Of a DNA stretch of 64,000 nt, positions 1 through 14,193 are shown in pieces (the first letter of the stretch is position 1; each line of letters begins with the position of its first letter). The DNA is from Lingula anatina (lineage: Eukaryota > Animalia > Brachiopoda). A model generated the notes under the pieces. It did not search any database, was not told the DNA's origin, and saw only the letters and a list, made by a program, of their open reading frames with translations. The translations under genes and the position numbers were made by a program. The DNA lies in the NCBI GenBank assembly GCA_051362555.1, contig CM120640.1, positions 59,436,788 to 59,500,787 on the forward strand, read 5' to 3'.

Positions 1-895
1 CACTTTTGCCGCTTCCACCTCGCCCACCCCCACCATTTGTGGAATCACCATTAAATTGATCGAATGTGGTTGTCCGTTTGATATTGGAAACATGATGGCG
101 TGCAAAGGTGTATAGTCGTAGGTAGATTGTCACCATGATGATGCATGGTAGGTAAAAACTCACGCAGGAGGAGATCACGGCGTAGACTGGACTAATCACA
201 AGCGCACAGAACGGCCTCTCAGTGGGCAACTCCTCCTCCGCCTCCTCAATTCCTATCAACCCAATCTGGTGCCAGCCAAGGTTGACAGGTAGGAAGGAGA
301 TGAGAGCAGAGAGAATCCATACAGCTACGATCATTGAGATTATCTTGTTCGCTGTCATTGTCCGAGCGTATTTAAGGGGGTCCCGTATATGTAAGTAACG
401 ATCAAAACTTATGGCACAAAGATTTAGAATAGACGCCGTGCAACACATCACATCCATTGACACCCAGATATTGCAGTAGTGAATGTCAAAAATCCAGTAT
501 CCCATGAGATCGTTTCCTACGGCACAAATCATAACAAAGACAGCTACAAAAAGGTCCGCCACGGCTAGCGATACTAAGAGCAAATTGCTCCGTTTCCTAA
601 GGTTTCTATCGGTATAAATAGCCACACACACCAGTACGTTTCCCGCTATAGACATGAAGATCAAAATACACAGAATAAACCCTATGAAAATACTCAACCC
701 AAGTCCATAAACTGTAGACGGTAAGTCTGCGATCTGTCCGGCGGATCCATTCTGTGTTATGTTTTCCGTGAAATTCCACGTTATTCCTTCGGAATAATTA
801 CCTAAATGAAGCAGCAAAGATTGTTGCGTGCAGTTCCCCCCGTCTGGTAGATACTTTGTGAGATTTACACGGCTGTTCGAACAGTTATATAGCAT
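1..895 (-). CDS. Dop1R1: Dopamine receptor 1, invertebrate Dop1/Dop1R1 type (class A GPCR); 3' part lies beyond the left window edge
   Basis: Translated by hand (absent from the ORF track because no stop lies in the window): ATG at 895 with in-frame TAA upstream at 908-910. MLYNCSNSRVNLT...IAGNVLVCVAIYTDRNLRKRSNLLLVSLAVADLF...AVGNDLMGYWIF...CNIWVSMDVMCCTASILNLCAISFDRYLHIRDPLKY...WILSALISFLPVNLGWH...YAVISSCVSFYLPC...LYTFARHHVSNIK. TM3 Asp and TM5 serines indicate a catecholamine receptor; NDLxGYW, DRYxHIxDPLxY and ARxHVxNIK match Dop1R1-type receptors. TM1-TM5 and the start of ICL3 are uninterrupted. Confidence 0.88.
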   Translation of the reverse strand, partial: MLYNCSNSRVNLTKYLPDGGNCTQQSLLLHLGNYSEGITWNFTENITQNGSAGQIADLPSTVYGLGLSIFIGFILCILIFMSIAGNVLVCVAIYTDRNLRKRSNLLLVSLAVADLFVAVFVMICAVGNDLMGYWIFDIHYCNIWVSMDVMCCTASILNLCAISFDRYLHIRDPLKYARTMTANKIISMIVAVWILSALISFLPVNLGWHQIGLIGIEEAEEELPTERPFCALVISPVYAVISSCVSFYLPCIIMVTIYLRLYTFARHHVSNIKRTTTFDQFNGDSTNGGGGRGGSGKS

Positions 896-3058
896 CTTAG
901 TTACATGTTAGCTGACGTATGCTGCCGCTGTTTGCAATTTATTCGATGCGCGGTCCTTCTTATTTCTTATATACTCCCAATAACAGAATCAGATTACTTT
1001 ACCATGCTTTACTTTCGCAAGTCACCATCGAGTGTGCTGAGTCCGTAGTGTCTGACAGCCTTCGCTCTTGACCTTGGTCAGAAGCGAATTCTACAACTGG
1101 AGAGTCACTTACCCAGTGCAATCGACAGTCACTGACCACGCTCGATGGGACCTCAGCATAGATCTGATTGCCGCGCGTACATACTTCATGATGTTGTCTA
1201 TGGCTAATAAATGCTATGCACAGTGCGGCTTCAAAGTTTGCTCAAGAGTTGAGAGATTAAATCCGGCCTACCTCCATACATTGCTAATTGCGACTCCGCT
1301 TTTGCCTTGCCGTCAACACTATATAGTTATTTTATATGAGTTACAAGTATGATACAAGTCCTTTCCATGAAGCATAACGCATGTTGCTGCAGAAGGATGA
1401 TTCGGGTATCTTTTAAATCCAACTCTTGTGATTATCTTGTACATAAAGCCTTGTGTATGTAACCTTTCAGACGTACGTCCCAATTTGACGGACAACGAGA
1501 TACCTGCTTGTCATTTACACCCCTTTAATGAGAGAATCTCATGAAAACATCCAAATACCTGCTATGCGGGCCCAACCACAGCTGAAATTACTACAGTGCA
1601 TTCTATTTCCCTTCACAGGTCGATATCTGTGTGGTTATAGAAGTAGTTAAAACACTTCTATTGACGGCTATTATCCGCCACCCATTGAAAACAGCAAGTC
1701 TGTTTACTTTCCCTCAGACGCCTAAGATCACGAATCCACTCTCCTCTCCACTCTCTCAATGCACAGGTGTTAACAGGCGTGTTTAAAACGTTGGCTGTTT
1801 AGTGATGTAAGGAGTCGATACCTCTGCTAATATTTTCATCCCATATGCCAGTTGGCTTGATGAGATCCACTGATCTGTAATTGATTGTAAGAAAGAAAAA
1901 TTGAGTTGCAGCAAATTACTTATGTACGCGGCAAGCCTACGGAATCGGGAGGTGGGGAACACTTTAGGGTGAACAATCACTCGCTCTTTGACCGATCTTG
2001 CGGTTCAGTACCAGTGGGTGGGACCCGGAGTAAATCACGGGGGATTAAATTTGTTCAAACAGTTTACGGAAGAAGAAGTAACAGCAAGCCGCACTATGAA
2101 AGCTTACCACACGTTGGTCAGGGGCGTGTGATTTTTAAATCTGAAAATCCTGGATGTCGTAATCTTAACCAGCACGCGACTTTGTAACTTTGAACTGCCT
2201 CATTAAATCGATTAAAACTATAAAGCGTTAGTATTGTTCAGCATGCCTGCTGTTCACACGGCTCTGTAGGTAATGAAAGTATAGACGTTAAATGATGCCA
2301 GTCGTTTTACCCTCCGTGCTAAATCGAACGAATAATTGTAGTACTTCAATGAACATTGGCGTATGTTAGATTTACAAAATATTGAATAAAACTGAGCACG
2401 ATAAACACAATACTAATAAGCACCGGTCTTGACTAACACTTTAGCCCTTGGCAGGGACTACCGAGCTTACCATGAGATTTGTTGGGGATACATACATACA
2501 TACATGTAGAAACCTTCACATGTATTTTTCACCCTGCCACCATTCTTCCACTAATATTCCCAGTCTGTAGTAATTCCATGTTCCAACAGAGCATAATGAA
2601 TTAATATACTTGTTAGATAATTTGTATGTGTTTATATATTTGTAATTGTCCCTTACTCACCTAAGGTTTTGAAAAAAAGTTAGATATTATCCACAATCAA
2701 GGATGGGCTAGTCAAATCATCTCAACTACCACAATGTAGTTATACGTGGATAAGCATCTCACAGAACATCTTTAAGCTAGGTTTATAACCGTGATATTTC
2801 AAATGCAATTAAATGACTTATCACAAGCAACAACAGTCATGACGGCAGATTTTTTCTCTGCCGGAAGAACGTGGGGCGGGGAGGTCTTTGTAAGGTCGGG
2901 TACACATCACCGAAAATTACTCTCTATCAGAGGTCTTTTAAAATTGTTATACATGAAAGCCGACCGCAACCCCCTCTCCTCAATAAGAAGGCACTTCCTT
3001 TCCTACAGGACCTATCTATAACGCCAAGATGAACACGAAGAATGCATTCGGATTCACA

Positions 3059-3201
3059 CTGGGTTGGTCCAACTCTGTGGGGGATTCTTGTTAAAGTGCA
3101 TTCAGTGGAATCAGCTTAATTGTCTGACACGCCTCCTCGACTATCTTGTGCTGATTATGCTGATTCCACTGATGATACTTTAGCGAGTTGGACCGACCCA
3201 G
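3059..3201. repeat. Foldback / imperfect inverted repeat (possible MITE remnant)
   Basis: CTGGGTTGGTCCAACTC (3059-3075) pairs with GAGTTGGACCGACCCAG (3185-3201); the inner arm AAAGTGCATTCAGTGGAATCAGC pairs with GCTGATTCCACTGATGATACTTT. Confidence 0.6.
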
Positions 3202-6200
3202 CTTGTACGATGGGTTAATTTAAATGCACCCTAAGATAGATTACATACTTTATACCAGTATATCACACTTGGATTGATCATCACACGTTTCTTTTGTTAT
3301 TTGACATGCCTACATGTACACGTACATTTCATTCTTTCTAAAGATCGTTAAATTGATTATTGCATGGTTGTTACTTTTACTTTAAAAGCATTTATGTATA
3401 TTTTCACCTTATCTTTAATCACCTACGGTGTTTTGCCTATAAATGTGATATTTTGGCCCACCAATAAGCGATGAGTCCAATTTGGTGTTATTAGCATACA
3501 AAACGCATTTTTATTCCTCAATATTGGTGGTATGCGCTCACCTCTGCTTCACCCCTTTCGTTAGCCTAGTTTATAGATCTATGTTTATTTACTGGCACTC
3601 TGCTACCTTTGTGCTAGAACGTTACATCGAACAGCAGTGCCTCAATCTATATAAACCCTTTACCATTTATAGCATGGTCGATGCGGTTATTATCCATTTA
3701 ACGTGGCTCTTTATGTCAGAACAGTGTAAATAATAAAAACTCTTTTGTTCAAGTTGTATTTAAATTCTGTGTTCCGCATCTTTCACGCGATGAGAGGGTC
3801 TGAATCAATCTCCACTAAGGTGTCAAGCTATAGGGGCCGCGGAGGTCTCAAGGTGCAAGTACCCGCTAACGCACGTACGGTAACTTTGTTAGTGCTTTTC
3901 TTTCATGGTTATTTTAATAAAGGAAAGAGTATAATTAGAATTTACTTTCTCTTTCTCTGACGGTTTCTAAAGGAATGGGTAGAAATCAAAGGCATATGGG
4001 AGTGAGAACTTTTGCTGACCTTACCTAAGGGCATATTTCATGAAAAAACAGCAGGCCTTGAAGTTTTACTTGAAAGGTTTTTGAAAGGTGGTTGCTGTGG
4101 ATGTTTGATGTGGTATGTGTGTTGGGGGGGGGGGGGGGGGGAGGTTTCGACAAAATTTATTTAGAATGAGGCCACAACGTAAGGATAAAGTGCCCAGGAC
4201 GGGATATGGCTCCAGTCTACATGTACTTCACTTCAAAAGGGAACCGATCATTTAACATTTCCAAAAGTTACTGAAATTACGAATATTTCCGAACTGATAC
4301 CCGGTATATATATAATTTAAAACCGTTATAAGCATCAAACAATTCCATTCCATTTATCTTGCTGATGAGACAAAACCTTTCCGCATTCGTATGTGATTTA
4401 TCAGTATAACCTTGTCCTAGTCGGCACATCTTAATCACAAGGTTACACAAAACGGACAACTACCTGTACATATAGTATTGATTTATTCGCCCAATCTGCA
4501 TTCTCTCATATTCACTTACATTCTCTATAACAACTTTATTTATTTCATCTTGTAAACGGACACGTTAATGGTCCGCGATTTTACTCTGTTGTTACTCCAG
4601 CAATAAACACTAGGTTTAAACTTGGAAATAATGCCTCAGTAGGTACTTGAGATTATTGTGTTAGTTGAGCATATAGCCTTGGTTTCAGCTACTACATTCG
4701 CCTTTTCCAGCAAACTGCTGTATACATTACATGTGCAGTAAGTGGGTTCAAGTAATTTACCTGGACGAAGGATGTTGTTTGTTTAAGTGTTTTTGATTTG
4801 TCTAATTCACTGGTATATGCATTCCCACTTTAATTCACCCTAGAAAACATCGCTCAGGCATGTAGCTAGTGAACAGTCTGTTGAGTAAGTTAATCGTTAC
4901 GTGATGGGATTTAAATGTAATCGCTCAGACACGTAATATAAACAGCCCGATTACTTTTTCCATAAGGGCGTTCATATTCATTTTATCAGGTAAATACGTT
5001 TAGTAACCCAGCAGACTATGTTAAATTGTGCTATTGTGTCAGAAATGTATATTTGTGTAGCAGTGAACGCCTTCCAAAAAGAAAAACAATGAAAATAGAA
5101 ATATCCTTATCTCTCCGTTTGACCAATGTTCCAAAATTGGTCTGAAATCGTTAAGTATGTACTCACCTTTCAAAACAATTCAATTATTAGGAGATCTCAT
5201 CCCAGGGAGTTTGTGTGCGAATTCAACGCCGACATCTAATCAATATGGACGTCGAAAGTAATATCATAAAAATTAGCCAAATTCGATTTTATATGAGACT
5301 ACATAGGTTGCATTTCAACCCTGTGTCCATGTAATGTAACTATAATGTGTGTGTCAGTAATATTTGATCCTACTTGTAACTGATAATGACGCAGTGGAAG
5401 AGGGTATTCAATTTCTGACCCACTAATGACGAAGAAGCAGACTTACATGTACGTACTGAGGTCAAATATTAAGTTTTACAAGTTCAAGATGTGCATGTAT
5501 CACACAATAAGATAAAATGTTCTTGCAGCTGATCCTGTTTATTTTTATAATTAGTTGTTGCAGGGAGATATGGCGACGAAGACAATCCCTATTTCCATTC
5601 ACGCTAATACATGGCACCACAACGGTCGTACATGCAGTAGGCTGAGATAAATGCTCGGGATACATGCAGCAGTTGAAGACCTACATTACATTCAATGGGT
5701 CTGTATGAACTTATCTAGACATTGACTGAAGGAAAAACAAGAGACTTATAGACTTGGAAATAGGAAAAGTTACCAGATCACAAAAAACTTTTCCCCTTCC
5801 CCACAGCCTACAATCACCGTTATTTCAATATTATATGTGTCTAAGCGCCCCACCACCTCTGTATTCTAAAAGCAATGCGAAAAAAAGAAAAATGACTGAC
5901 CGAACTGAAAATCCTTTTTAATCTGCCGCTACTGGCCAAACTTAAAAATGGCCTTATTTATGGAGTTAGCTGCATTACGGCAAATGTTTTATGGCTGACT
6001 TTTAAAGTTAGGATTTTTTTCATTTCAATTTTAGTTGGTTTCATGTATTTCCAGTAAAACTTTAACATGACTCCAGTACATATATTCTTTTGTACGATGG
6101 GACCATTGGATTATCCCATCTATGCCATTTATACAATTCATCAATTATCATGATCTTGTGATCGTGTTTTCCGCTTCTTATCAAAACAGTAGAGATGATG

Positions 6201-7074
6201 TATTGTCTTAAAGGATATCGCTGCCATTTCCGCTAGGTGTACATTGTAAGCTTTTGTTTAAGTGTACTGAATTCGTGCTTGTTGCATGCTTCAGTGTAAT
6301 ACTCCTGTACATGAAATATCAGTTCCGTTGCATACATCTATAGATTAACCCTGACACACAAATTACAAATTATGTGAAATACACACGTAATGTATCAGTA
6401 GGTATAATGACGCACTCATTATTAAAAAGAATAAATAGTAATAACTACTACAAAAATAAAATTAAGCATGTACATGCGACTATGTCATGCCAAAGACGTA
6501 AAAAGTGTTTTCACTTCAATCACTAGTTTTGTCAGGTCGGCGTATTCCTTGAGCTTTTTTCAATTAATTAAACATTCGTAAGGCCTTAACAACTAACGTT
6601 GACAGGCGAGAATGCAGAGGTTAAAGAGCGATGAGTCAAAACCTAGGCGCAGGTACGAATGCTGTTACATGCAAATGTACAGACCAAAATTTTCCTTTTC
6701 ACTCCCTATTTGTGCGTAGTGCATCACAAACAATCTAGTTTGGCTCAGGTTCACAAAAATCGTAAGACCGAAAGTTGACCGCAACTGCCAAACCGAAATT
6801 TACGTCAACATCAATTCGGGCTAAATCTACATGCAGAAGTACACTAAGAATAACCTAAGGTCGAAAAACACAACCATTTTTTGTAACTGTACAAGCGGTC
6901 TGCTCCCAATTTACCCTGGGTTATATTAGATTAAGGGTATTTTATCAGCTATCTGTGGAGAAATTGGCACAAAGAGCCATTATCTCCCAATTGCAGATAA
7001 GATTGGGGTTCTATATGCACTAAAATATAGGACATAACAAAAAAAAAAGAAAGACATAACACTTTTAGACTGAA

Positions 7075-7295
7075 ACCCTGAACCATCAACGCAGGCAGAT
7101 ACACCAGAAGCAACAGAAAATTAAAATTTACACTTAAACAGCCCTAAAAAGACTGAAATAATGGAGGCAATATTGTCAGTGAAGAACAGAAAGGCATCGG
7201 GCAGTGACAACTTGAATGCTGAGCTATACAAAGCATCACCACAGATAGCAACACCCTTTTTGGAACCCTGTACTCTGCAATATGGAAGGAAGATG
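7075..7295 (+). mobile_element. Decayed RTE-like LINE ORF2 fragment
   Basis: Plus-strand translation with frameshifts gives ...PKKTEIMEAILSVKNRKASGSDNLNAELYKASPQIATPFLEP..., matching the KxxKAxGxDxxxAE motif just upstream of non-LTR RT domains. Confidence 0.6.
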
Positions 7296-8118
7296 TATAT
7301 TTCTCTATTGTACTTGACAGTCACCTTGTATATGTAAAATATTTAATAGGCTGCTGCATTCAACTTCAGTATTGATATCTACACCAACTAAACATCTAAA
7401 ATTTGTTGTTTGCTTTAATTTTGATGTCTGAATAATGTGTGTGAAAGTTAATGGTGATCGGCGGCCATTTTAGATATATCAAATTGCAACGTAACAAAAT
7501 AACTCAATAAAGTAAAGGAATAAATATAAACAAGTTTCTGGTGCACATTTGGGCTAAAACCGTCATATGGACCAAAATAAACGACCTTTCATATGCGGAT
7601 GTACCGGGGTATACCCCGGTATATTTTTATGTGACACTGACGGCCATATTGGATGCAACAAGCTGCCAATGTAGCATTCAATATGTATTTGTTCTGAGAC
7701 CAGGTGGAAAAATGAACTAAATCACGATTTTACAAAAACATTTCCACCGCTGGAGACAATATCATATACACGCAGGAGCAGGATAATATGGAACTCGATG
7801 GTTGAAGCCTTCTATTTAAGATCTTGTAAAATATTCAAATATTTATAAATGTAAGTGCGTTTTTTCACCTTTTTGATGCGGGGCAATACAATTCAGTATC
7901 ATTAATAAAATAGATTTCGTTAAAATGTGATGTGTGTAGAAAATTCAATTTTAAAGTTAGGGGTGTTTGTTTACTCGCCTGTTGTGTATGTGTTCGTGTT
8001 TGTGTGTATTCCGATTTGATCAACAAAAATCACAAAACGTTTAAATTTAAAAGAATTAACTATGAGAATAAGCAATAAGCATTGTGAAATGAATCAGGTA
8101 CACATGAACGTAAGCTCC

Positions 8119-8120
<2 letters not shown>

Positions 8121-8202
<82 letters not shown>
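8121..8202. repeat. Compound microsatellite (GT)n(GA)n
   Basis: Directly visible; it produces the spurious SLSL/HTHT ORF at 8056-8253. Confidence 0.95.
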
Positions 8203-8204
<2 letters not shown>

Positions 8205-10761
8205 AGAACAATATGTACGTACCTTCATTCAGCAAGCTCTGAAGTGGTGCCACATTTCATTATTTTGGCTCAAATATTGTCTTAATCAGCACCTAGAAAC
8301 TATACCTTATACTGTTGCAATGAATCTTTAGCCTTTGGAAGTATCCAGGAAATCGTTACCTCTGAAGGATATTTCCTGTTGAAAATTGATTAAACCTAAA
8401 GTGATGTACGGTATCACAAAGTAGCTAGTTTATTGTGAAGGCATAAAGGTATCTTTTCTCTTATAGGGACACGCAGAGTAGAGAAAAGATAACATCATAG
8501 AGCGAACATCATTCATATGCCAAATTAGACTCAGATTCAAGAGATAGGTCCACTTCACTTAAAATGGGATAATACGAAATGCACCATTGGGGTTTGTAGA
8601 GACCTAGAGATGGGCATTTTCTTCCAAGTTTAATTCCAAATAGTCTTCATGTACGTTTCCTTGGCATTTTACATGAGAACTGACTTAACATGCGAAACAT
8701 GGCATATTCATTGAACATAATCTACTATATTAATGGCAACAGTCATTTATACAGGATGGAGGAACCCCCTCACCCCTACTCGGCTAAGATTTCATGGCAC
8801 ATGGAACGTTATATGAAGCCTTATCGCAATGCGCTGAATGAATGTTCACTGTGTGGGCGAAAAACACATTTTGGAAAATGTGTAGGAAGGAAGAATTTCC
8901 TTTGGTTCTCTGACATTTAAAACTGCGCGTCCATAAATAGATTTTGCAAATCAATTTTCAACTTTCGCTACATATGTTGTTCAATATAAAGGAACACTCT
9001 CATTTTTGTTTTGTTTTTAAATTTTCATCACAGATATATTTTGCCATTAAGTTTTCGTGAACGAACCACAATAAGAAAGCATGAATCTCCCTTGAATGGC
9101 AGTTACAACTTCTGAAAATAGAAGGAAACGGCATATGTGTCATCTTGGGCTTTATTCAGCAGTTCGTGCATGCTTTTTCTTAAACTGGTCACGAAAGACC
9201 TTAAACTGGTTATATAAATTGAGAACCTTATCTAAGTTAATTGATTAATTGTATTAATACTTCATTAAGCGGCGTTAATTTTATTTTATTTTCCTTTCAA
9301 ATTTTCTGAATTAAATTTGTGTAACATCTTTAGAGAAATCCACCTTTCCTGGCCCAAAGTTCCTACATAAATGTAAATGATAATTTACAGAACCCGTGCA
9401 ACCACTTTGATCACTTTAAGATATACTGTCAAGTGTGACATTGTCAGTAACAAACAAACGAACAAAAAACTGTTGGAGGCTTAAAATTGTGTCCAAGTGC
9501 TTTTTTGTCTTTTATCCCTTCAGCCGTCTTTTTATTTTGACAAATGCAATCAATTACATTAAAGTCAAACACCCGTCGTAAAATCTCAGAAACGTCACAA
9601 CCTTTAGATCTGAAATGATAATTTTTGACCGTAATCATCTCAACCGACGTTTTTTATCTAGGATCACGGCAGGTGTTCAATGAATGCGACAGACGATCGA
9701 TAGAACGATTGTAAACCGTATTTATAACTGGCCGAGTTTTACTAAAACACCTCCCTTTTACAGCACACCTTGTGTCCAGATCATAAACATTTAAAGGTGG
9801 TCAATTTTATCTGAAGCTTTTTGTAGGATACTGTAGGATAATGTATTGTTACTTGGCGGATATTCCAGATGTGACAACATGGTTTGAAGTAACCACTTAT
9901 GAATTCCCGTTCTTTTTCCAGTTTCCTGCTGACGCTGTTGATGAATCTGACAAAAATCATCTTTCAGTGATTCACACAAACAATGACAAATAAGTTCGTA
10001 TCCATCTAAAGATAAAATGTTCTACGGGAATGTTTTATTAATGATTGAACTTTTATTCCTCCTTTGGGAAAAGTTATGATAAATCTCCTGAAGTAAATTG
10101 AATAAGTTTTCACGTTTTCACGTCGTTATAAAGTATATCAAAATGGTGAGAACTTACATGAACTTATGGTAACTGGCACGTCTGTTAAGTAGTAAGCCAG
10201 AGACGTCGTTTGCATTTGTACATGTGGGTTAATTATCTTTGAACTTTTCAAAAATCGACCTTGACCTTAACGAGTTGTAATAATGAAAATGGGTTTTTTC
10301 AATTAATTACCCAGCCTAAATCACTTCGAAGTAGCTTCGTCAATTTCTATCAGAGAATTAAAACTTGAATCCAGACGTGTATAATGATCTTTGAACAGCA
10401 TGCAAAAGCAATAAAGATATTAGCCTCAGGAAATTAAGAAATGGATCAAATAGATCCTACAGTTGTTGGAAATGTCTAGCACAGCAGAACAGCCAATAAC
10501 AAAAACCTTCATATTTCCCCACTAAACATTCCCAAAGCATAGATCAAAGCATCCACATACACAATTTCCGTTACGCCAAAAATGTGTAGAACTTTGGTGA
10601 TTGCAGTTTGCACAGCGCCAGTGCAAACAATTACGTAGGTTAGGTGCTCCCTTTACATGTTAACCATAAAAGAATGTTTGATACCTGTCATTGTTTATTG
10701 CTTAAATATATTGGAGTTTATGTGCCAAATAACATTCTTACAGTGCGAGTCAAGGTTAAGG

Positions 10762-11000
10762 TATTTTACAATAGAATTTAAATTACTTGTCCAGTAAGTT
10801 TCCTACAATAAGCATTTGGCTACAGGCAATAAAATGCATGAACCTAGCACGTAACATGCTAGCTCATAGTGTCATTTTAAGCAGATTTCATTCAGATATT
10901 TTACAATAGACTTTACATTAATTACTTGTCCAGTTAGTTTTCTACAATAAGCATTTGGCTATAGGCAATAGAATTCTTGTTAGCTCATAGTGTCATTTTA
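10762..11000. repeat. Local tandem duplication, 2 copies of about 105-135 bp
   Basis: TATTTTACAATAGA...ATTACTTGTCCAGT.AGTTT.CTACAATAAGCATTTGGCTA.AGGCAATA...TAGCTCATAGTGTCATTTTA occurs at about 10762-10879 and 10897-11000. Confidence 0.8.
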
Positions 11001-12351
11001 TACGGTTTCCGCCACACCATTTGTGCAGGTCTTCAATACATGTGTAGACACTCGACAATGCTAGGTAAAAACTTTTTCCTGGAGATTTTTCACCGTATAG
11101 TATAGTTATAACACGTCTTCAGTATATTACCTCATATTACCGTAAAATACAACCAGGCATTATCTGTCAAAGTCAATCACAAATCATCATTATGGAAATG
11201 GTGCTCTCGTTTCCATCCAATATGCCAACATCATTGATGGAATAATTTTCGTAATGCGTAGCAATGTCTAGCAAGTACAGATACTCTCTTTTCTCGCAAT
11301 CCACAGGAACTTTCCACGTTGAAAATAAGTTAGTGTTCGACGCGCTCTCATTATGAGTACATAATGTTTAAGGTCGGTTGGCCTTCTGTTGTCTTTAGGT
11401 TGGTGACAGACTTGAGCAGTGATTAATAGAAGCCGCTTGTCAATTTGACCGCTGGTTGTGTTTTGAAAAATCCAAAGTGTTCTTCTTGAAGGTTCAACCT
11501 ATAAAAAAAGTCAAAGAATTAGGTCCATTCCGAAATGTAAAACGAAAATCTAATTAACGACTGTACAAGAAAAATATGTTAAATTGATGGCTCTCGAAAC
11601 CTCGTTCAATATCTTATCATATAGGCCGCCAATAACAAAATGCTTTAAACAGTACGAATACATACATTTAGAGACACGGGCAAAGGTAAACAATAACAAA
11701 AACAATACGTTTGAAATATGAAGCAAAAACAATACATTTGAAATATGAAGCCCACTGTCTTGGATAATCACTAAAGGTGAAAGCACCCACTACACGGAGA
11801 GAAGGACACAAGTTTCTATTGAATATTACAGTGACATCAAGTGACATACTAGGTAGAATGTAATGTGCATGCTGAAGGGTGGTTGCTTTTGTCTCAACAG
11901 CATGCTTTATTGTGTCTCATATGGCCCATTCTTTGAAAGATTATAAAGTCGACTTGAGCGCAATACAACAGTTACCATAATCATGCCCAGTTTTCTATAC
12001 ATTTTTACATGAATACAATCTACAATCGAACAAGTACCCGTTGCATTAATTTTTCCTCTTTCTCTTTCTAGTTTTTTCTTTCTCTTTTGTCTTACCTTTT
12101 TTTCAATTTAATACTGAATCATACTAGAGCCAATTTTTTAAAATAAATAAATAAAAATAGTTAGATTTTATAAAATCTGATATTTTGACAGTTTTGTACG
12201 TCGTGTAAATAAAGCAGAGCACTATTACCTAGGTAACCAAGCAACATTAATAAACATTTCACTGTATTCAACACCAAAACTCGCACTGACTAATTAGCTG
12301 AGGTTGCAGATGGAGGCAATACATCAACCTGCTACGGAAATAACGTTTGCA

Positions 12352-12461
12352 TTACACCAAAAAAACAGGTATACCATCGGCATTATGAGGTAAAACATCG
12401 ATAGATGGCACTGTCGGTAGGGCTCCGCCACTCTCCATTGTCGTTGGTTTTCTTCTGGTGC
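12352..12461 (-). CDS. Candidate terminal coding exon of the D1/D5-type receptor (speculative)
   Basis: Acceptor ...tgcaattatctag|GC is phase-compatible with the phase-1 donor at 18404. It reads (G)TRRKPTTMESGGALPTVPSIDVLPHNADGIPVFLV*, in a locally GC-richer stretch. No transcript evidence. Confidence 0.3.
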
Positions 12462-13006
12462 CTAGATAATTGCAAACCAGAATGAAATACCATGCAGAAT
12501 TATTAGAACAAGCTTAAACTTGTCTTATATTAAAGGCAGAGTAATTACTGCACCTATGAAGATGATTACCGGTTCTATCCACGTTGTTTCCAATGTCCCA
12601 ATCGTCAATCTTTATGATCAATGTTTACCAATCCTAGGTGGAAATCGTACATACACGTGCACATCATTTCAGTGAATGTATCTATAGGTCTTATTGTACG
12701 GCATTCACCTCGGTAATATGCTTATTTCTCAGGATAAAGCGCCAAAACAAGCTGCAGCTGGTGAGAGCATGGCAAAGGTCTTTTTAGTATTACTAGTATA
12801 TGTAAAAGTACGTGCGCATTCCAACTAAATGGACGACGGCTTTATCAAAATGTCCTCCCCTGAAAATCAAATATATGCCAAGAAAGCAATTTCTGTTTAC
12901 CACCTTCCCAAAAAGCAAATTGTAGTAATTATTAATCAGGTGTAAGCATTCTTTTGATTTCAAAAATTGATTCACATTCAACTCTGACTTGTCAGAGAAA
13001 GAGTTT

Positions 13007-13068
13007 TTAGAAACAGACCATGTAACCATAGTGAGAGGGGTCAAACCATAAAGTCTGGGTGACTGAAT
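13007..13068 (-). CDS. Alternative candidate terminal exon of the D1/D5-type receptor (speculative)
   Basis: Acceptor tttttctttttacaaacccgcag|AT has a good pyrimidine tract; in phase 1 it reads (D)SVTQTLWFDPSHYGYMVCF*. No transcript evidence. Confidence 0.2.
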
Positions 13069-13980
13069 CTGCGGGTTTGTAAAAAGAAAAACGCTTGCCA
13101 ACGCGATCAACTAACAAATGCACAATGTCGTTAGGCTTCCGTGAGAGATGGTTTTGATTTAGGTGGATAAAGGTTGTATCTTCAATTACATAATTATAGT
13201 TCTACACGGTTTACATAGTGACACGTCAATTGCTAGCATAATAAAAATAAACATTAATTTGCGCTTTAATGACGCCATCGAGGAGAGCATAACAAAATGT
13301 CATTTACACGTGTCCATGCGATGAAAATAATAATTATTTCGCGCCATTTTATCAAAGGACATTTTAGTAATAGAGAGAGTGAGCACGTATGATTTTCTGC
13401 ACAGTTTCATGTATCAAAGAATGGACAACAGTTCTTTTGCCATTGGTTTCATACAGTATAAAAGGCAACCAGCTGTGACACCTCAATAGAAAAATGCTTG
13501 CATAGATATGTGAAGAAGGATTTTAAACGGTGTCCATGTTAGATTTCTTTGACAGGCATTCTCGTCAAATACGCTACTGTTTAATATGCCTTTCGTTTAA
13601 CTGCATCTGTCGCACAGAAAACTTCACAAATTATTTGTTTGACCACTTTAACGGCCCTAATGGCCGGGAGGTCTACAAATCCCAACACAAACAAAAGTGT
13701 CCAGGGCCAATATGTGTTTCGAGATTTTCAATAGTAATCTACTTTTCACAAGTCAGTGAGCTAGATTTTTTCTATTGAACACAAAACGTTCGTAAATACA
13801 TGTACAAGCACATGGCTTTTTGCCATCTCTATTAGAAGTCCATCAGTGGAATATTATTAACAGCGACAGAATGAAACTACCGTGAACCCATGTCTGTTGT
13901 AAGTTCAGGTCTAAAAATCAAGAATTCGGCATTAGATTATTGAATGAACATATAATTATAGCATATCATTTTTTCCATAA

Positions 13981-14193
13981 AACTAGAAAAACACTCGAGA
14001 GCACGTACTTCCGCCAAAGCAACTGAATTCTCATCATCAATTAATTAATTAATTAATGGACCATCACCTTAATATAATCTACTGTAAGTTAGCCCATTTT
14101 CTGAAATTTTGTAAAGATTATTTTTATAATATTTGAGTTAGGCTTTTAACTTACAGATCAACAAGGCTAAAAAAACAACCCCTTGGCGGAGGC
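13981..14193 (+). mobile_element. HINE/Helentron-like non-autonomous element, diverged copy
   Basis: Starts AACTAGAAAAACACTCGAGAGCACGTACTTCCGCCAAAGC and ends CCTTGGCGGAGG; same architecture as the 63094-63387 copy. Confidence 0.6.

Noticed and set aside
9790-10300. Possible decayed L1/Tx1-like LINE fragment on the minus strand (GGIKVQSL...RWIRTYL)
   Set aside because: It is a single weak motif that needs a frameshift; not enough to call.
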